DNA of 64,000 nucleotides from Naegleria gruberi (Eukaryota): NCBI GenBank assembly GCA_000004985.1, contig GG738845.1; one strand, 5' to 3'. Shown piece by piece: positions 1 to 10,246 of this stretch (position 1 is its first letter; each line of letters starts with the position of its first letter). The notes under the pieces were generated by a model. It saw only the letters and a program-made list of their open reading frames with translations, ran no database searches and was not told where the DNA came from. The position numbers and the translations under genes were made by a program.

Positions 1-1
1 A

Positions 2-1684
2 TTGGAAAGATTATTGTACAGAGATAGATCAAGAAAGGAAACTCTTGTAGTTGCATTGCTTCCTACAAGAGAATTGGCAGCTCAGTGTTACGAAGATTGC
101 AGCCATTTTTTACAATATACAGATATTAGATGTTGCTTAATTACGGGAGGAAACCTTAAAATCCAAAAACAAATTCAAGTTTTGCAATCAAAGCCAGAAA
201 TTATTATTGCAACACCGGGAAGAGTTGTGGATCACTTACTCAACTCTCCAAACTTCCGTCTTGATGAAGTTGAAGTACTAATCTTGGATGAAGCTGACAG
301 ATTACTGGAATTAGGTTTTGAACCTCAAATCAAAACAATCTTGGATCACATTCCAACAGCAAGACAAACAATGTTATTCTCAGCAACAATGACAGATGAC
401 ATTGAACAATTAGTGAAACTCTCATTAAAGAATCCAATCAGAGTTTCTTGCGATTCAAGAACAGGTGTTGCAAGTGGATTGACTCAAGAGTTTATCAAAC
501 TTGCTGATGATGAAAATATTATCATGAAGCAAGCTATATTACTTTCCTTGTGTACAAGATCTTTCCCAAGTGAAGTAATAATATTTTGTAACACAAAATC
601 TATGGTAAGAAAACTGAAAATGTTATTATTTTTGAAAGGACTAAAAGTGTCTGAACTTAGCTCATCTCTTACACAAGCTGTTAGATTGAAGGAATTATAT
701 AAATTTGCCAGCCATGAAACAGACTTTTTAGTGTGTACAGATGTTGCCTCTAGAGGTTTGGATATTAAAGGCGTAAAGACAGTTATCAATTTTGATATGC
801 CTCTAAATTTGAAAACCTATATTCACAGAGTAGGTCGTACAGCTCGTGCTGGTGCATCAGGTGTTGCTGTTTCAATGAGTAGTGAAAGTAGCATTGCTAT
901 CTTGAGAAAAATTGTTCGCCACTCAAAGAAAAAGGGACAATCAGTACAACAAAGAGTAATACCGACAGAATCTATAGAATTTTGGACAGATAAAATTGAA
1001 GAAATGAAACCACAACTCAAAGAATTAGAACAGCAATTAAGAATGGAAGAAGAAATGCAACAGGCTGAAATGTTAGCTGCCAAGAATGAAAATATCGAAG
1101 AGTTTAGAGAGGATATTATGAGTAGACCTAGAAAGGAATGGATCATGTCTAAGGCTCAGAGAGAAGAATTGAATGAAAAGGCAAAAGCCCAAATGGTTGA
1201 ACAAGATGAACCAACAAAGAAGAAACGTAAATTAGATCCTGAGGAATATGAAAACGAAGAAGAAATGTTAGCTAAACAACCTGCTGTTGAATATATGGAT
1301 TATCTGGAAAAGAAACCTGTTGATAAAAAGAAGAAAAAGAAGGAATCTTTTAAGAGGGAAATGAAGGAAATGGGCATCAAGAACTGGGATTCATATGTAA
1401 GAAAATCTGGAAAGCAAGCAAAACTCATCCACAAACTTAAGCGTAATCATATTGAGTCTGATTTGATCCATAAGGATAAAAAGGAAAAAATCATGCAACA
1501 AAAAGAAAAGAGAAAGGCAAAACTTGCCTTTAAGGAAAAGAAAAAAGCAAAGGTTGAACGAATCAAGCAACAAAGAGGAGCCCAAGACAAAAAATCAGAG
1601 AAAAGAGCTGCTGATGCTTTCAAAAAGACTAAGAAACAATCTCACTCAGGTTTCAAGAGCTCTAAGAAATATAAGAGAAGATAA
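2..1684 (+). CDS. DDX27: Nucleolar DEAD-box RNA helicase (DDX27/Drs1-like), 5' end truncated by the window
   Basis: The ORF is open from base 2 (first codon TTG, not a real start) to TAA at 1682..1684. Helicase motifs are visible: PTRELA, TPGR, DEAD (LILDEADRLLE), SAT (LFSATM) and HRVGRTARAG. The long K/E-rich C-terminal tail is typical of Drs1/DDX27. Confidence 0.85.
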   Translation: MERLLYRDRSRKETLVVALLPTRELAAQCYEDCSHFLQYTDIRCCLITGGNLKIQKQIQVLQSKPEIIIATPGRVVDHLLNSPNFRLDEVEVLILDEADRLLELGFEPQIKTILDHIPTARQTMLFSATMTDDIEQLVKLSLKNPIRVSCDSRTGVASGLTQEFIKLADDENIIMKQAILLSLCTRSFPSEVIIFCNTKSMVRKLKMLLFLKGLKVSELSSSLTQAVRLKELYKFASHETDFLVCTDVASRGLDIKGVKTVINFDMPLNLKTYIHRVGRTARAGASGVAVSMSSESSIAILRKIVRHSKKKGQSVQQRVIPTESIEFWTDKIEEMKPQLKELEQQLRMEEEMQQAEMLAAKNENIEEFREDIMSRPRKEWIMSKAQREELNEKAKAQMVEQDEPTKKKRKLDPEEYENEEEMLAKQPAVEYMDYLEKKPVDKKKKKKESFKREMKEMGIKNWDSYVRKSGKQAKLIHKLKRNHIESDLIHKDKKEKIMQQKEKRKAKLAFKEKKKAKVERIKQQRGAQDKKSEKRAADAFKKTKKQSHSGFKSSKKYKRR

Positions 1685-1708
1685 TACCCATTTTTTAAAG
1701 TAAAAATT

Positions 1709-3884
1709 TTAGTTACTAAGGGGTCTTATCAAATTGAGCAATGTTTTCACAGAATTAATTGTGAGTATGTTACAATCCTGTACTCGTGTTAGAAGACTGT
1801 TATCTTGAAACCTCTCTTGCATGGCTAGAATTAAATTGTAGTGAGTTTGGTATTTTTCAACTGTTGCCAAGTTTACACTCTCACTTTCATTTACTTGCAT
1901 TGGTTGAGTATTCGAGATGTAACCACATTTTTCTTTTTGATATTTCAAAAAATCCCATGCATTCTCTTGATTAAAGTTTTTGCTCTTTACATATTCATCA
2001 ACTATTGATAAAGTAGCCACCTCAACGTCACTAATAATCTTTGGTCTAGATTCTGTCAAAGTATTCTGAATTCTAAATAAACCAAAGTCTCTCTTTACAG
2101 ATGGATGGAAATTCCATTTTGTACCAGAAATTGCAACCATCAAACAAACATGGGCCATCCCCTCATAAGCATGTTTTTCCATGTTTTGACTTTTTTCTGA
2201 CTCTTTTTCTTCTTCGAACTTGAAAATTAAATTAATTCCAATTTTTGAAAGATTTGATAATAATTTTGAAGGATTAACCCATGTTTTTGTTATTTCTGCC
2301 AAAGAATCACTAAATGGAGAAAGGAGCTTACATTTATCCTTATTGATAAGGATAGTAATTTCCTCTATTGACTTAAACCCACTGTCTTGGTAATAATGTC
2401 TTGGACTAATTTTCAAAACAACAGCATCTCTCCCAAGAGAAGGAATAGGGAACAGTGTCCAATTTTCGAATGGCTTATCAAGATGTTTGTTCTTAATTGT
2501 TGTTAGAAATACATAATTTTTAAAACTTACATATACAACAGCTAGAGGACAGGTCAAATGGCTTGTTAAAAACCCTATTGTCTTTGACTCCAAGTCATAA
2601 AAAGTGTTTGCAATACCATCTGTTGACCAAATCTTTTCCTTTTCGTTCCACCATGCAATTGTTGGTTTATCTGACCTGAGCATGATGTTAGGAAGTGGAA
2701 TAACAACCTTGGCTGGTGGTCCCTCCACTTCTTGGTTTTCATTGTTGGTAATGGAATAAGCCTTTCGTTTGACATGGGTAGATAACTCTGTTATTTGTCT
2801 TATTTTCCATTCTTCGCAAGTGTTCACAATTGGTGGGATATGCACTATATCGATGGAAAAAACTCCTCCAATTACAATAAAGTTTTGAGGATGTGAAGAA
2901 GTAGAAGAATAAATGTCTTCCTTCAAGTACATTGCTCTAATTGCTATTTCTTGATATCCCATTCCTTTAATAGCCAATTCTACAATAACATTTAATTCGG
3001 GATATTCCACAAAACGAGTACTATTGGTAAAATGAATGTTATTGAGATATTAAAAAAATTACGTACAGATTTTTGGAAATATTGGTCCAAATGCCATACT
3101 TGATAAAAGGATGTACCTTTTGGTATTGGTCATTCTCAGAGGAAAGATACTTATCAAAATATTGCATAATATGAGCAGTAGCGTCATCCATTGTTTGAAC
3201 TATACAATTTGAAAGATAGTTCAAGTATTTTGTACAATGGGTTTCAAGATCTTTCTTGCTTTGTGCAATTGATTCGACTAATAAATATTCTATTTCATTC
3301 ATAACTTTACACCCTTCAACTACCATTGCAAAATCCTCGTTAATATTTCGTATTTCTTTTTTCAAAGCAAGCTCATTTAGATCACGCCATGAAGAAATAA
3401 AATTATTCATATCAACATCGTCATCAAGCTTTGGAAGATTTTCACAATTCACAAATTTGTTCCATTCGTCCTCTTCTTTAGCAACTATCATGAGAGTATG
3501 AAGCTTCTCTTTAAAGGAAGGGATAACTTCACTATCAAAAGATCCCTTTTCCTCATCCAATCTTTTTTTTTCCTCCTCTGCCTTCTTCCTTCTTTCCTCA
3601 TTAATTTTTCTCTCCTCTTCTTCCTTTCTTTTTCTTTCTTCTTCTTCCTCTTTCCTTATCCTTTCTTCCTCTTCTTTTCTTTGTTTTTCCTCTTCCTCCT
3701 TTTTCTTTTGTTCAAGTACTTTTTTTTGTTTAGCTGTTAGCTTTTCGCCTTTTTCTCCTTTTTCAGCCTTAGTTGATTTAGAGGATGATGGCTTGGACGG
3801 AGCCGATTGGTTTTTGGTTGGAGAGGCAGTTGTACTACTTTGTGTTTTTGCGCTTGTTGGTGGTTTAGGCGTGTTTCCTGGCAT
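1709..3884 (-). CDS. DNAI7: Axonemal inner-arm dynein I1 associated protein DNAI7/CASC1 (IC97-like), 709 aa, 2 exons
   Basis: ORF pieces 3039..3884 and 1709..3010 are joined by a 46-nt intron at 3021..3066 (minus-strand GTACGT...AATAG). Splice phases 2+1 match. join(3884..3067,3020..1709) is 2130 nt. The ATG is at 3884..3882. The N-terminus is K/E-rich, followed by EDEWNKFVNCENLPKLDDDVDMNNFISSWRD (a CASC1_N-type motif). IAWWNEKEKIWSTDGIANTFYD resembles human CASC1 VVRWDAEGKHWRTDGISNVSY (recalled from memory). Confidence 0.75.
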
Positions 3885-3898
3885 TTTTTTGATTTAAC

Positions 3899-3915
3899 TT
3901 TTTGCCGCCCAAAAC
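3899..3915. promoter_or_regulatory. E2F-like GC box (TTTTTGCCGCCCAAAAC; core GCCGCCC at 3904..3910) in the DNAI7/CASC1 promoter
   Basis: Quasi-palindromic site that fits TTTSSCGC. It lies 15-31 bp upstream of the ATG at 3884, inside the 127-bp spacer 3885..4011. Confidence 0.45.
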
Positions 3916-4011
3916 TACAGCCCCTCCACTAAATTTTTGTAATTGTGTATTTATAATTCATTTGACATGTTTTGCATTGCTGTCTGACACCATCAACTAA
4001 TTACATTAAAT

Positions 4012-5985
4012 TTATTTTTGAGGTTTTCGATTGTCTTTTGTTTTTAGACCGGCCCTCTTTTTTGCTTGCTCGTTGAAAATATCCTCATACACAGGGATAG
4101 TATCCAAGGAATAGGATTCTGCTCTTACACTGATTTTGTTCGAGTAACTATTTCTATAAGATGAAACATCTTCGTCCTTTTCAACCTCAAACCCTTCATA
4201 AACATCGTTAAGGAATTCTTCCAACTCCTCGTTTGGTTCATCAAGAGTGTGTAATTTACGTTGCTGAACTTGGGCCAAAATATCCATTTCCACATCATTA
4301 CTCTCGGTTCTGGCAAGAAACATTGGTTCTTGTTGCTTCTTTTTCTTCAATCCTTTTACGATATTGCCACAATAAACTTCCTTGGCTTTGTATGTTAAGT
4401 GACTGCTAGTGTCTTCTTCTTCCAATTGTTGATTTGATGAGAAAGGATGAGACGGCTTTCCCCTGTCACTTGATGCTGTCATTGGTCTGCCCCCTACTGA
4501 GCTTGTTGTTGTTGGTCTTATCATAGATGAAGTTGTTGGTCTCATTTGAGATGTGGATGGTCTGAGACCAATTCTACTCTTTGACATGCTCCTAAATATG
4601 GAGGAAGAAGATGTGGAAGGTCTCCTAAAGAAGGAAGCAGATTGTGGTCTGCCTCCATCTAATCTTGGAGTTGATGTTGTTATATTTCGTATCATGTTAT
4701 TATCTGCAGGGTTATAAAGACGATTGCTAATTGTCAGAATTAAGGGGTTATCATTAAGGGTTTCATCCAAGGACTCCATTCTTGTAAATTTGATAGATTT
4801 TTTCAGCATTTCAAATTCATTTTCTAATTCCTCTAAAGAAGGGGTTTGCCCATCTTTTTTAATAGGACTAATACCTCTGTCGTCCATTTCATCCTCAATC
4901 AATGGTGAATCATCTAAATACTCCAATGTTTGGAGAGTACTCTTAACCATAGACCTATATCCAATCATTTTAACAACCAGTGGGTTACCTGATAAAGTTA
5001 AACTTGTTAGATGCTTGCAATCAGAAAGATAAATTAACTGTAACTCATCTTCAATATTATTTCCTTCCAAATCCAATACTTCCAATTCTTCCATTCCCGA
5101 TAGATCGGAAATGTCTTCAATGTCATTATAAGAAAGATATAATTCCTTCAATCGAGAGAATGTTGATATTCCATCCAATTCCCCAATGCCACATCTCGAT
5201 AACCATAAAATTCTTACAAACTTTAAACTTGTTCCAAGATCTCTTATGGAGGGAATTGTGCTTCCATTTAGTTTTAACTCTTCTAAATTGGGCAATTTGG
5301 AGCCAACATCACCAAGTGAATTTTTGGTTGTATTTACAATAATTTCGAGATGTTTTACATTGTTAAGGTTATCCTCGCCAGTTGCTGCCTTGAGCTTTGA
5401 CTCTGATAAGTACTCCTCCAGAGCTAGAAGATTAGGGTCAATTTCTTCAGAAGGTAACTCATTCAAATCAAAGGAAACAATAGATTTGACAAGACCAAGA
5501 GGAAGACTTGTACTAGGTATTGGTTTTAAATCATCGACTTCTGAGGTTCCTCTATACTCCACCCTCGCCTCTGTTTGTTTCCTTATGAACTCATCATCTT
5601 CATCGTCACCGTCGTTACTTAAAAGTGATGACACACTTTCTTCGGAAGGAGTTTCTATACTTTCATTGTCATCATACTTTTCATTGTCCTCTTTCTTTTT
5701 GATTTTTTTGCTATTCTTTGGGTTGCCCAAAACACTAACCATCTTTTTGTTTTCGATTGAGCCAGAACGTTTTGGCAAAATTGGATTTAGAGGCTCCACA
5801 ACTTTTTGTCTGACTGGTTTGCTTTGTAAGTCATCCTGAAGAGTTGTTCCCATATGTTTTAAAAGTCTATTTCTCGTAAAAGATGAAGCTGATTTTGTTT
5901 GTTCCACAGAAAAATCAGAATGAATAACTTTACTGCCTCCTTCAAACTCCTTCCGATAGGAAGACTCTAAAGATTTGTTCAACAT
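4012..5985 (-). CDS. LRRC56: Leucine-rich repeat protein LRRC56/ODA8 (outer dynein arm maturation and transport), 657 aa
   Basis: Single ORF with ATG at 5985..5983. The LRR block LPNLEELKLNGSTIPSIRDLGTSLKFVRILWLSRCGIGELDGISTFSRLKELYLSYNDIEDISDLSGMEELEVLDLEGNNIED aligns nearly residue for residue with the human LRRC56 core as I recall it (LPNLDQLKLNGSHLGSLRDLGTSLGHLQVLWLARCGLADLDGI...LEVLDLEGNSVED). Confidence 0.75.
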   Translation of the reverse strand: MLNKSLESSYRKEFEGGSKVIHSDFSVEQTKSASSFTRNRLLKHMGTTLQDDLQSKPVRQKVVEPLNPILPKRSGSIENKKMVSVLGNPKNSKKIKKKEDNEKYDDNESIETPSEESVSSLLSNDGDDEDDEFIRKQTEARVEYRGTSEVDDLKPIPSTSLPLGLVKSIVSFDLNELPSEEIDPNLLALEEYLSESKLKAATGEDNLNNVKHLEIIVNTTKNSLGDVGSKLPNLEELKLNGSTIPSIRDLGTSLKFVRILWLSRCGIGELDGISTFSRLKELYLSYNDIEDISDLSGMEELEVLDLEGNNIEDELQLIYLSDCKHLTSLTLSGNPLVVKMIGYRSMVKSTLQTLEYLDDSPLIEDEMDDRGISPIKKDGQTPSLEELENEFEMLKKSIKFTRMESLDETLNDNPLILTISNRLYNPADNNMIRNITTSTPRLDGGRPQSASFFRRPSTSSSSIFRSMSKSRIGLRPSTSQMRPTTSSMIRPTTTSSVGGRPMTASSDRGKPSHPFSSNQQLEEEDTSSHLTYKAKEVYCGNIVKGLKKKKQQEPMFLARTESNDVEMDILAQVQQRKLHTLDEPNEELEEFLNDVYEGFEVEKDEDVSSYRNSYSNKISVRAESYSLDTIPVYEDIFNEQAKKRAGLKTKDNRKPQK

Positions 5986-6106
5986 CCAATTTAATTTGAT
6001 TTTTAAAAATGCTGAAGATTAAGATGTGTTGATGTTGTACTGGGTTAGGAGATTGCTGATGTGAGTTGTATGGTCAATTTTTTTTGTTTTTAAAAAAAAG
6101 TACAAG

Positions 6107-6120
6107 AAAAGGCGGGAAGA
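6107..6120. promoter_or_regulatory. E2F-like GC box (AAAAGGCGGGAAGA; core GGCGGGA at 6111..6117) upstream of LRRC56/ODA8
   Basis: It lies 122-135 bp upstream of the ATG at 5985, in the spacer 5986..6238. It is the only GC-rich word in an otherwise A/T-only spacer. Confidence 0.4.
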
Positions 6121-6238
6121 AATACTATGAACCTGATTTGTACAATCTAAAAAATATTTAATATTTAAAATTAAAATTATTATTTTTAATTAACGTTACA
6201 ATTTAATTAACAAATCCTACGCTCCTATTTAAACAAAA

Positions 6239-6994
6239 TTATTCATCCTTATCGGAGGTTGGAGTCATTGTTTTTTGTTGTTCTTGGACTTGTTGTTGGA
6301 GCTTCTTCTTGACATCAGTTGGAAGACCCTTCTTCTTCTTGGAAGACTTCTTAGCAGAACCACCCTTAGCAAGGTTAGCAACTTCCATCAATTCCTTTCC
6401 TTCATTCAAATACCAGAAATAAGCATATTGAGCAGTGAAAATCAACAACCACAACATGTATGGAGTATTGATATAACCTGCAAATTTCAAAATACTATTG
6501 AATTGACTTGTAGTGAACATGGAAACACCAATCAAGGTGATAAGGTTCAACAAGGCCAAACTCAAATCTTGAACCCACCATAAAGAAACTGAAAAGAGAA
6601 CATTAACAACCAAGTGCAAAGCATAAACAGTCAAAGCTCTGTTCCAAGTTTGTCCACCGTGAACATATGACAACCAAGAACCAATAGCCAATGGAATATA
6701 CAAAGCAATCCAAATATTGAAAATAAGAGATTCTGAGAAATAGTATTTTCCTTTTTCCAAATCCTTATACCACTTTGACTTGATGCCCTTGTTTCTGGCA
6801 AACCAAAAGATTCCAGCAGCGACGGCAACAGCAGCTAAACTCAAAACAAGTGCAAAGAAGTTTTCAGAAATAGCTTCAGGAGTAATATACCATTGATCTG
6901 GTTGGAAGAGGTATTCCCATGATACATCAGGTTGTTGGGTGAGCAAATCTTCTGGGATTGTTGGATCGAAACTGGAAAAGTCTTCAGCCTCCAT
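6239..6994 (-). CDS. TspO/MBR family membrane protein (tryptophan-rich sensory protein-like), 251 aa
   Basis: ATG at 6994..6992. There are five hydrophobic segments. WYKDLEKGKYYFSESLIFNIWIALYIPLAIGSWL matches the W..L.KP.W.P....F..VW..LY signature of TspO, and the PYMLWLLIFTAQYAYFWYLN end resembles the TspO C-terminal helix. An extra K-rich C-terminal tail is present. Confidence 0.6.
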   Translation of the reverse strand: MEAEDFSSFDPTIPEDLLTQQPDVSWEYLFQPDQWYITPEAISENFFALVLSLAAVAVAAGIFWFARNKGIKSKWYKDLEKGKYYFSESLIFNIWIALYIPLAIGSWLSYVHGGQTWNRALTVYALHLVVNVLFSVSLWWVQDLSLALLNLITLIGVSMFTTSQFNSILKFAGYINTPYMLWLLIFTAQYAYFWYLNEGKELMEVANLAKGGSAKKSSKKKKGLPTDVKKKLQQQVQEQQKTMTPTSDKDE

Positions 6995-7200
6995 TTTATA
7001 TGATAAATATGATGATGATTTTTTTTTAAAATTTTAAATAAAATTGTTGGGGTTGTGTGCAAGAAGAGAGCGTGTTGAGATGATGACTCACGCAGGAAAG
7101 AGCAAGCCAGCACAGGTTTACAAATTCGCATTTTTGACAACGCATTAAAACAAGTGGCCAGTTAACCAAAGATTAACAAACATTTAAAAGAATATCAGAT

Positions 7201-9453
7201 TTATTTTGTACCTCTGTAGAACGTGTTTAACTCATCTTGAATCCTTTCTCTGTCCATATCCATTTGTTGAAGTAATACCTGAAGTCTCTGTATTTCATGT
7301 TTCAAATTTTTTTCTCTTTGTCTCAGTCTTGTTTGGGTTTCACTTTCTGTTAACAGTTGTTGTTCTTTCTCCTCTATCTTCCTTCTCATTTGTTTGAATT
7401 CTTGTTCCATATCAAATATTTTCTTCTCTAAGTCAGGGCTTCTCTTTTGTTGTTCCATTGTTAGAGATTTTGAAAGTTGATTATTCTTTGAAAGAGTATC
7501 ATTTAGTTGAAGTTTTAAATGTTCATTTTCTGCTTGGAGTATTCCTGTTTGCCTTCTCATGTTGGAATTCATATCTTGTAAATCAATAACTACATGTTGT
7601 GCAGTGGAAAGGTTTTTCAACATCTTCTCCTTCTCCTTATCAAATTCAACAAGAGCAATGGATTTTGAGTGAAGTTGGTCTGATAATTGGTCAATTTGTT
7701 GTTGGGATGATTTCAGTTTCATTATGAGGTGCTGATTTTCGTCATCTAAGTTTTTGGCTCTTGATGAAAGGTGTGCCAGCTCATTTGTTTTAAGTTCTAA
7801 CCTTGTTCTTGAATCTCCTAATTCTCTACTTAGCTCTTCAAATTTGTCTTTCAATGCGAGGTGATCCCTATTCAGAGATTTGTAATTGAACATTATGTCT
7901 TCAAACTCTCTATCCTTAATTTTTAATCTGTGCTCCATATCAATACAAACAGAAAACTTTTCCTCGAGTTTTTGTTTCATCTTGTCCATTTCTTCCACAG
8001 TTTTGTTTAGTTGTGTATGTAAAAATTGATTTTCTCCAGTTATTTGCTTTAAATCTTCTCCTGCATGCTCAATTTCCTTCGATTTGAATTCAAAGTCGTT
8101 CTTGAGTTTTGTGTACTCTTTTTGTATTATTTCCAGTTGCTCCTTTTGATTGGTAAGTAATCGGTCCTTTTCTTTTAGTTGCTGTAATTGTTGTTGAATT
8201 CCAAGTTCGATTTGATTCGATTTAGTTTTGATTTCCAAAAGTTCCTTGCCCAGCTCTGAATTCTTTTTTTCCAAAAAGGAAAGCCTTTCATCTTTTTCGT
8301 CTAATTCTGTACTCATAGCATCCTTGTTAGAGTCAATCTCCTTAATAATATTTCTTAGATTGTTTAAATGATTATCTTGGTCAAGTATTGTTTTTTCAAG
8401 ATTTGAAATCTTCACTTTGAACTCTTGTTCATTTACCAATTTTTCATGACTTCTATTATTCAACTTTTCAATTTCTTGTTGTAAAACTTCTATTCTTGAA
8501 CTTAAATGTTTGGATAAAGTTGTTAATTTGGAAACATCTCCTTCTTTTTGATATAAAATCTGTTGAGATTGATTAAGTTTATCCTTAAGGGATTGAACTA
8601 TTTCTTCATGTTGGCGGTTATGTTTGTTGAGATCAATAAATGATCTCTTAGTTTCACCCAAGTCGCGCATCAATTCATTCCTTTCTTTGGTAATAATAGT
8701 TAATTGTTGTTTCATATCCTTGTTTTCCTTTTGTAATTGTTCAAATCTCTCATGCTCTGCAGAAATATCACGAGCGGTATCTAATTGTTGCTGTAAAAAT
8801 TCGATTTGTTCTGTAAGGTTTTGTATTGTATTAACACTATTAGAATATTCCCTTTCAGATTTGATTACATCAACGGTTTTACCTCCTCTTTCGTTAACTA
8901 ATTTTGTTAATCTGTCTATTTCTCTTAAAAGTCTGTCATTTTCTTGTGTTAAAACATCTATTTTGGATTCTTTTAAATGGGATACAGTTTTTTTCAGTGT
9001 TTCGTTTTCATTTCTTAATTGATCATTTTGTATTTCTGTCATTTTCATTACATCCAACATTTGAGTTTTAAGACTGGATTGAAAAGGTTGGATTTCCAAT
9101 TGTTTAAGGTATTCGGAAAAAGAAGATTCAATCCTTTCTCTTCGATAGGCAGAGTCGGTTTCCTTGTTTGATGTTCCTGAATGGGAGAACCAAACATTTG
9201 TTTTTGACATATAATTTTCAAGTCTCTCTTTTACCTCCTCAACAGAATGTTCCATCTCCTGATTTCTTAATTCTAATTGTTGATTTGTATATAATAAAGA
9301 TTGATTTTGTTGAGAAAGCAACCGTATTTGATCAACATATTGAAGTGATTGTTGTTTGAAAGTATCCTCTCTTTTAATCATCATTTGATGAAGCTCATTG
9401 TTTTCTCGGGTGAGCCTCTTCTTATCCTCCATTAGAAGTTTGTATTCATCCAT
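7201..9453 (-). CDS. Long coiled-coil protein of unknown function, 750 aa (candidate centriole or flagellum protein, see findings)
   Basis: The track ORF 7201..9498 begins with a TTG. The first ATG is at 9453..9451 (MDEYKLLMEDKK). The sequence is almost entirely heptad-like and E/K/Q/L-rich, and I recognise no catalytic motif. A GC box lies 58-71 bp upstream of the ATG. Confidence 0.6.
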   Translation of the reverse strand: MDEYKLLMEDKKRLTRENNELHQMMIKREDTFKQQSLQYVDQIRLLSQQNQSLLYTNQQLELRNQEMEHSVEEVKERLENYMSKTNVWFSHSGTSNKETDSAYRRERIESSFSEYLKQLEIQPFQSSLKTQMLDVMKMTEIQNDQLRNENETLKKTVSHLKESKIDVLTQENDRLLREIDRLTKLVNERGGKTVDVIKSEREYSNSVNTIQNLTEQIEFLQQQLDTARDISAEHERFEQLQKENKDMKQQLTIITKERNELMRDLGETKRSFIDLNKHNRQHEEIVQSLKDKLNQSQQILYQKEGDVSKLTTLSKHLSSRIEVLQQEIEKLNNRSHEKLVNEQEFKVKISNLEKTILDQDNHLNNLRNIIKEIDSNKDAMSTELDEKDERLSFLEKKNSELGKELLEIKTKSNQIELGIQQQLQQLKEKDRLLTNQKEQLEIIQKEYTKLKNDFEFKSKEIEHAGEDLKQITGENQFLHTQLNKTVEEMDKMKQKLEEKFSVCIDMEHRLKIKDREFEDIMFNYKSLNRDHLALKDKFEELSRELGDSRTRLELKTNELAHLSSRAKNLDDENQHLIMKLKSSQQQIDQLSDQLHSKSIALVEFDKEKEKMLKNLSTAQHVVIDLQDMNSNMRRQTGILQAENEHLKLQLNDTLSKNNQLSKSLTMEQQKRSPDLEKKIFDMEQEFKQMRRKIEEKEQQLLTESETQTRLRQREKNLKHEIQRLQVLLQQMDMDRERIQDELNTFYRGTK

Positions 9454-9510
9454 TTTTTTGTTGTTGGTGGCGCCATTTGTAATTGTGATTTTGTACAAAA
9501 CATTTAATAA

Positions 9511-9524
9511 TTGGGCGGCAAAAG
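9511..9524. promoter_or_regulatory. E2F-like GC box (TTGGGCGGCAAAAG; core GGGCGGC at 9513..9519) upstream of the 750-aa coiled-coil gene
   Basis: It lies 58-71 bp upstream of the ATG at 9453. It is the same variant as the DNAI7 site (GGGCGGCAAAA), in the opposite orientation. Confidence 0.4.
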
Positions 9525-9654
9525 TTTTACAAATGATTTTTAGATTGTTTATTGAGAAGCAGAATTAGGTGAAGAGCTAATTTGTCAATTAATTCATTCA
9601 TTACTGACAGTATGGGAGTTTCAAGGAAAAATTACAGAGTTGTTGTAGGGTAAG

Positions 9655-10147
9655 TTATTCAAGCTTATCCAAAAGTTGTAAACGGCTCAAAATAACTGGC
9701 TTGGCAGTTTCTTGTATTTCTCCTGCCATGTACATTTCATCAAGGATCATATATACCTGTTGTAATAATTGAAGAATTATATTTTGATGATCATCTGTTT
9801 AGTTAAATAAAAAAGCTTACCTTGTGGAAGTTAAAAACTAAATCCAATTCGCAAACATTTCCAAAGAATTGATCCAAAACTTCTACAAAAAGATGAACAG
9901 ATTCAAGACAAGCAAGATCATTATCATTAACATCAACTCCCATACTAAAGTATAATCCGGCATATCTACGATAAACAACTTTGTATTTACGGAATTCAAC
10001 CATGTTGGTAAATTTTTGGTCTCTTGATGTGATTAAACGATGTACTTCGATTTTTATCTTTTCCTTTTCATCATCCTCGAAGGCTTCATACCATTTGGAG
10101 AGACGAGTTTTACCAGCACGGTTTTGAAGAAGAATAAAGTGGATCAT
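9655..10147 (-). CDS. AP2S1: Adaptor protein complex sigma subunit (AP-2 sigma-like), 142 aa, 2 exons
   Basis: join(10147..9821,9756..9655) with a 64-nt intron at 9757..9820 (GTAAGC...ACAACAG). The product is [20 protein letters not shown]...[44 protein letters not shown]. It is near-colinear with human AP2S1 and has the same 142-aa length. Confidence 0.9.
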
Positions 10148-10246
10148 CTTTCTCGTATTTTTTGTGATTGATTTTTTAAAAAAAATAAAATTAATTTTTA
10201 ATTATTATTTTTGACAAACAACGACAAATAGCCAGATTTATTATTA

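Noticed and set aside
3560-3720. The K/E-rich tract (GAA/AAG/AGG-rich on the coding strand, CTT/TTC-rich on the plus strand), and similar tracts at 1200..1680, 25523..25700 and 47600..47730, as tandem DNA repeats or satellites
   Set aside because: They are codon-level low complexity inside well-supported CDSs (the charged tails of nucleolar or flagellar proteins). They have no fixed repeat unit or period at the DNA level.
3256-3740. Plus-strand ORFs 3256..3501 and 3498..3740, including Phe/Leu/Ser-rich 'proteins' such as FFFLLCLLPSFLINFSLLFFLSFSFFFF
   Set aside because: They are the antisense reading of the K/E-rich (GAA/AAG codon) N-terminus of the DNAI7/CASC1 gene on the minus strand. Low-complexity mirror ORFs like this are expected. 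The same reasoning applies to 25321..25599, 25445..25687 and 49177..49579.
5186-5839. A 217-aa plus-strand ORF inside the LRRC56 gene, and similar long antisense ORFs (4724..5342, 8624..9022, 14969..15412, 24387..24713, 34186..34596, 37883..38281, 50294..50620)
   Set aside because: Each lies fully inside a longer opposite-strand or other-frame ORF that has strong homology or motif support. Their sequences are hydrophobic or low-complexity and show no motifs. AT-rich genomes with few stop codons on the antisense strand produce these by chance.
7084-7090. A TGACTCA (AP-1/GCN4-type) heptamer about 90 bp upstream of the TspO gene
   Set aside because: It is a single 7-mer occurrence with no second copy or supporting context in the window. 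The chance of a random occurrence is not negligible.
9466-9475. A GGCGCC palindrome (TGGTGGCGCCATTT) 16-21 bp upstream of the coiled-coil gene ATG, as a second regulatory box
   Set aside because: It lacks the T-run/CCGCC structure of the other sites. It is a single occurrence, so it cannot be distinguished from chance or 5' UTR sequence.
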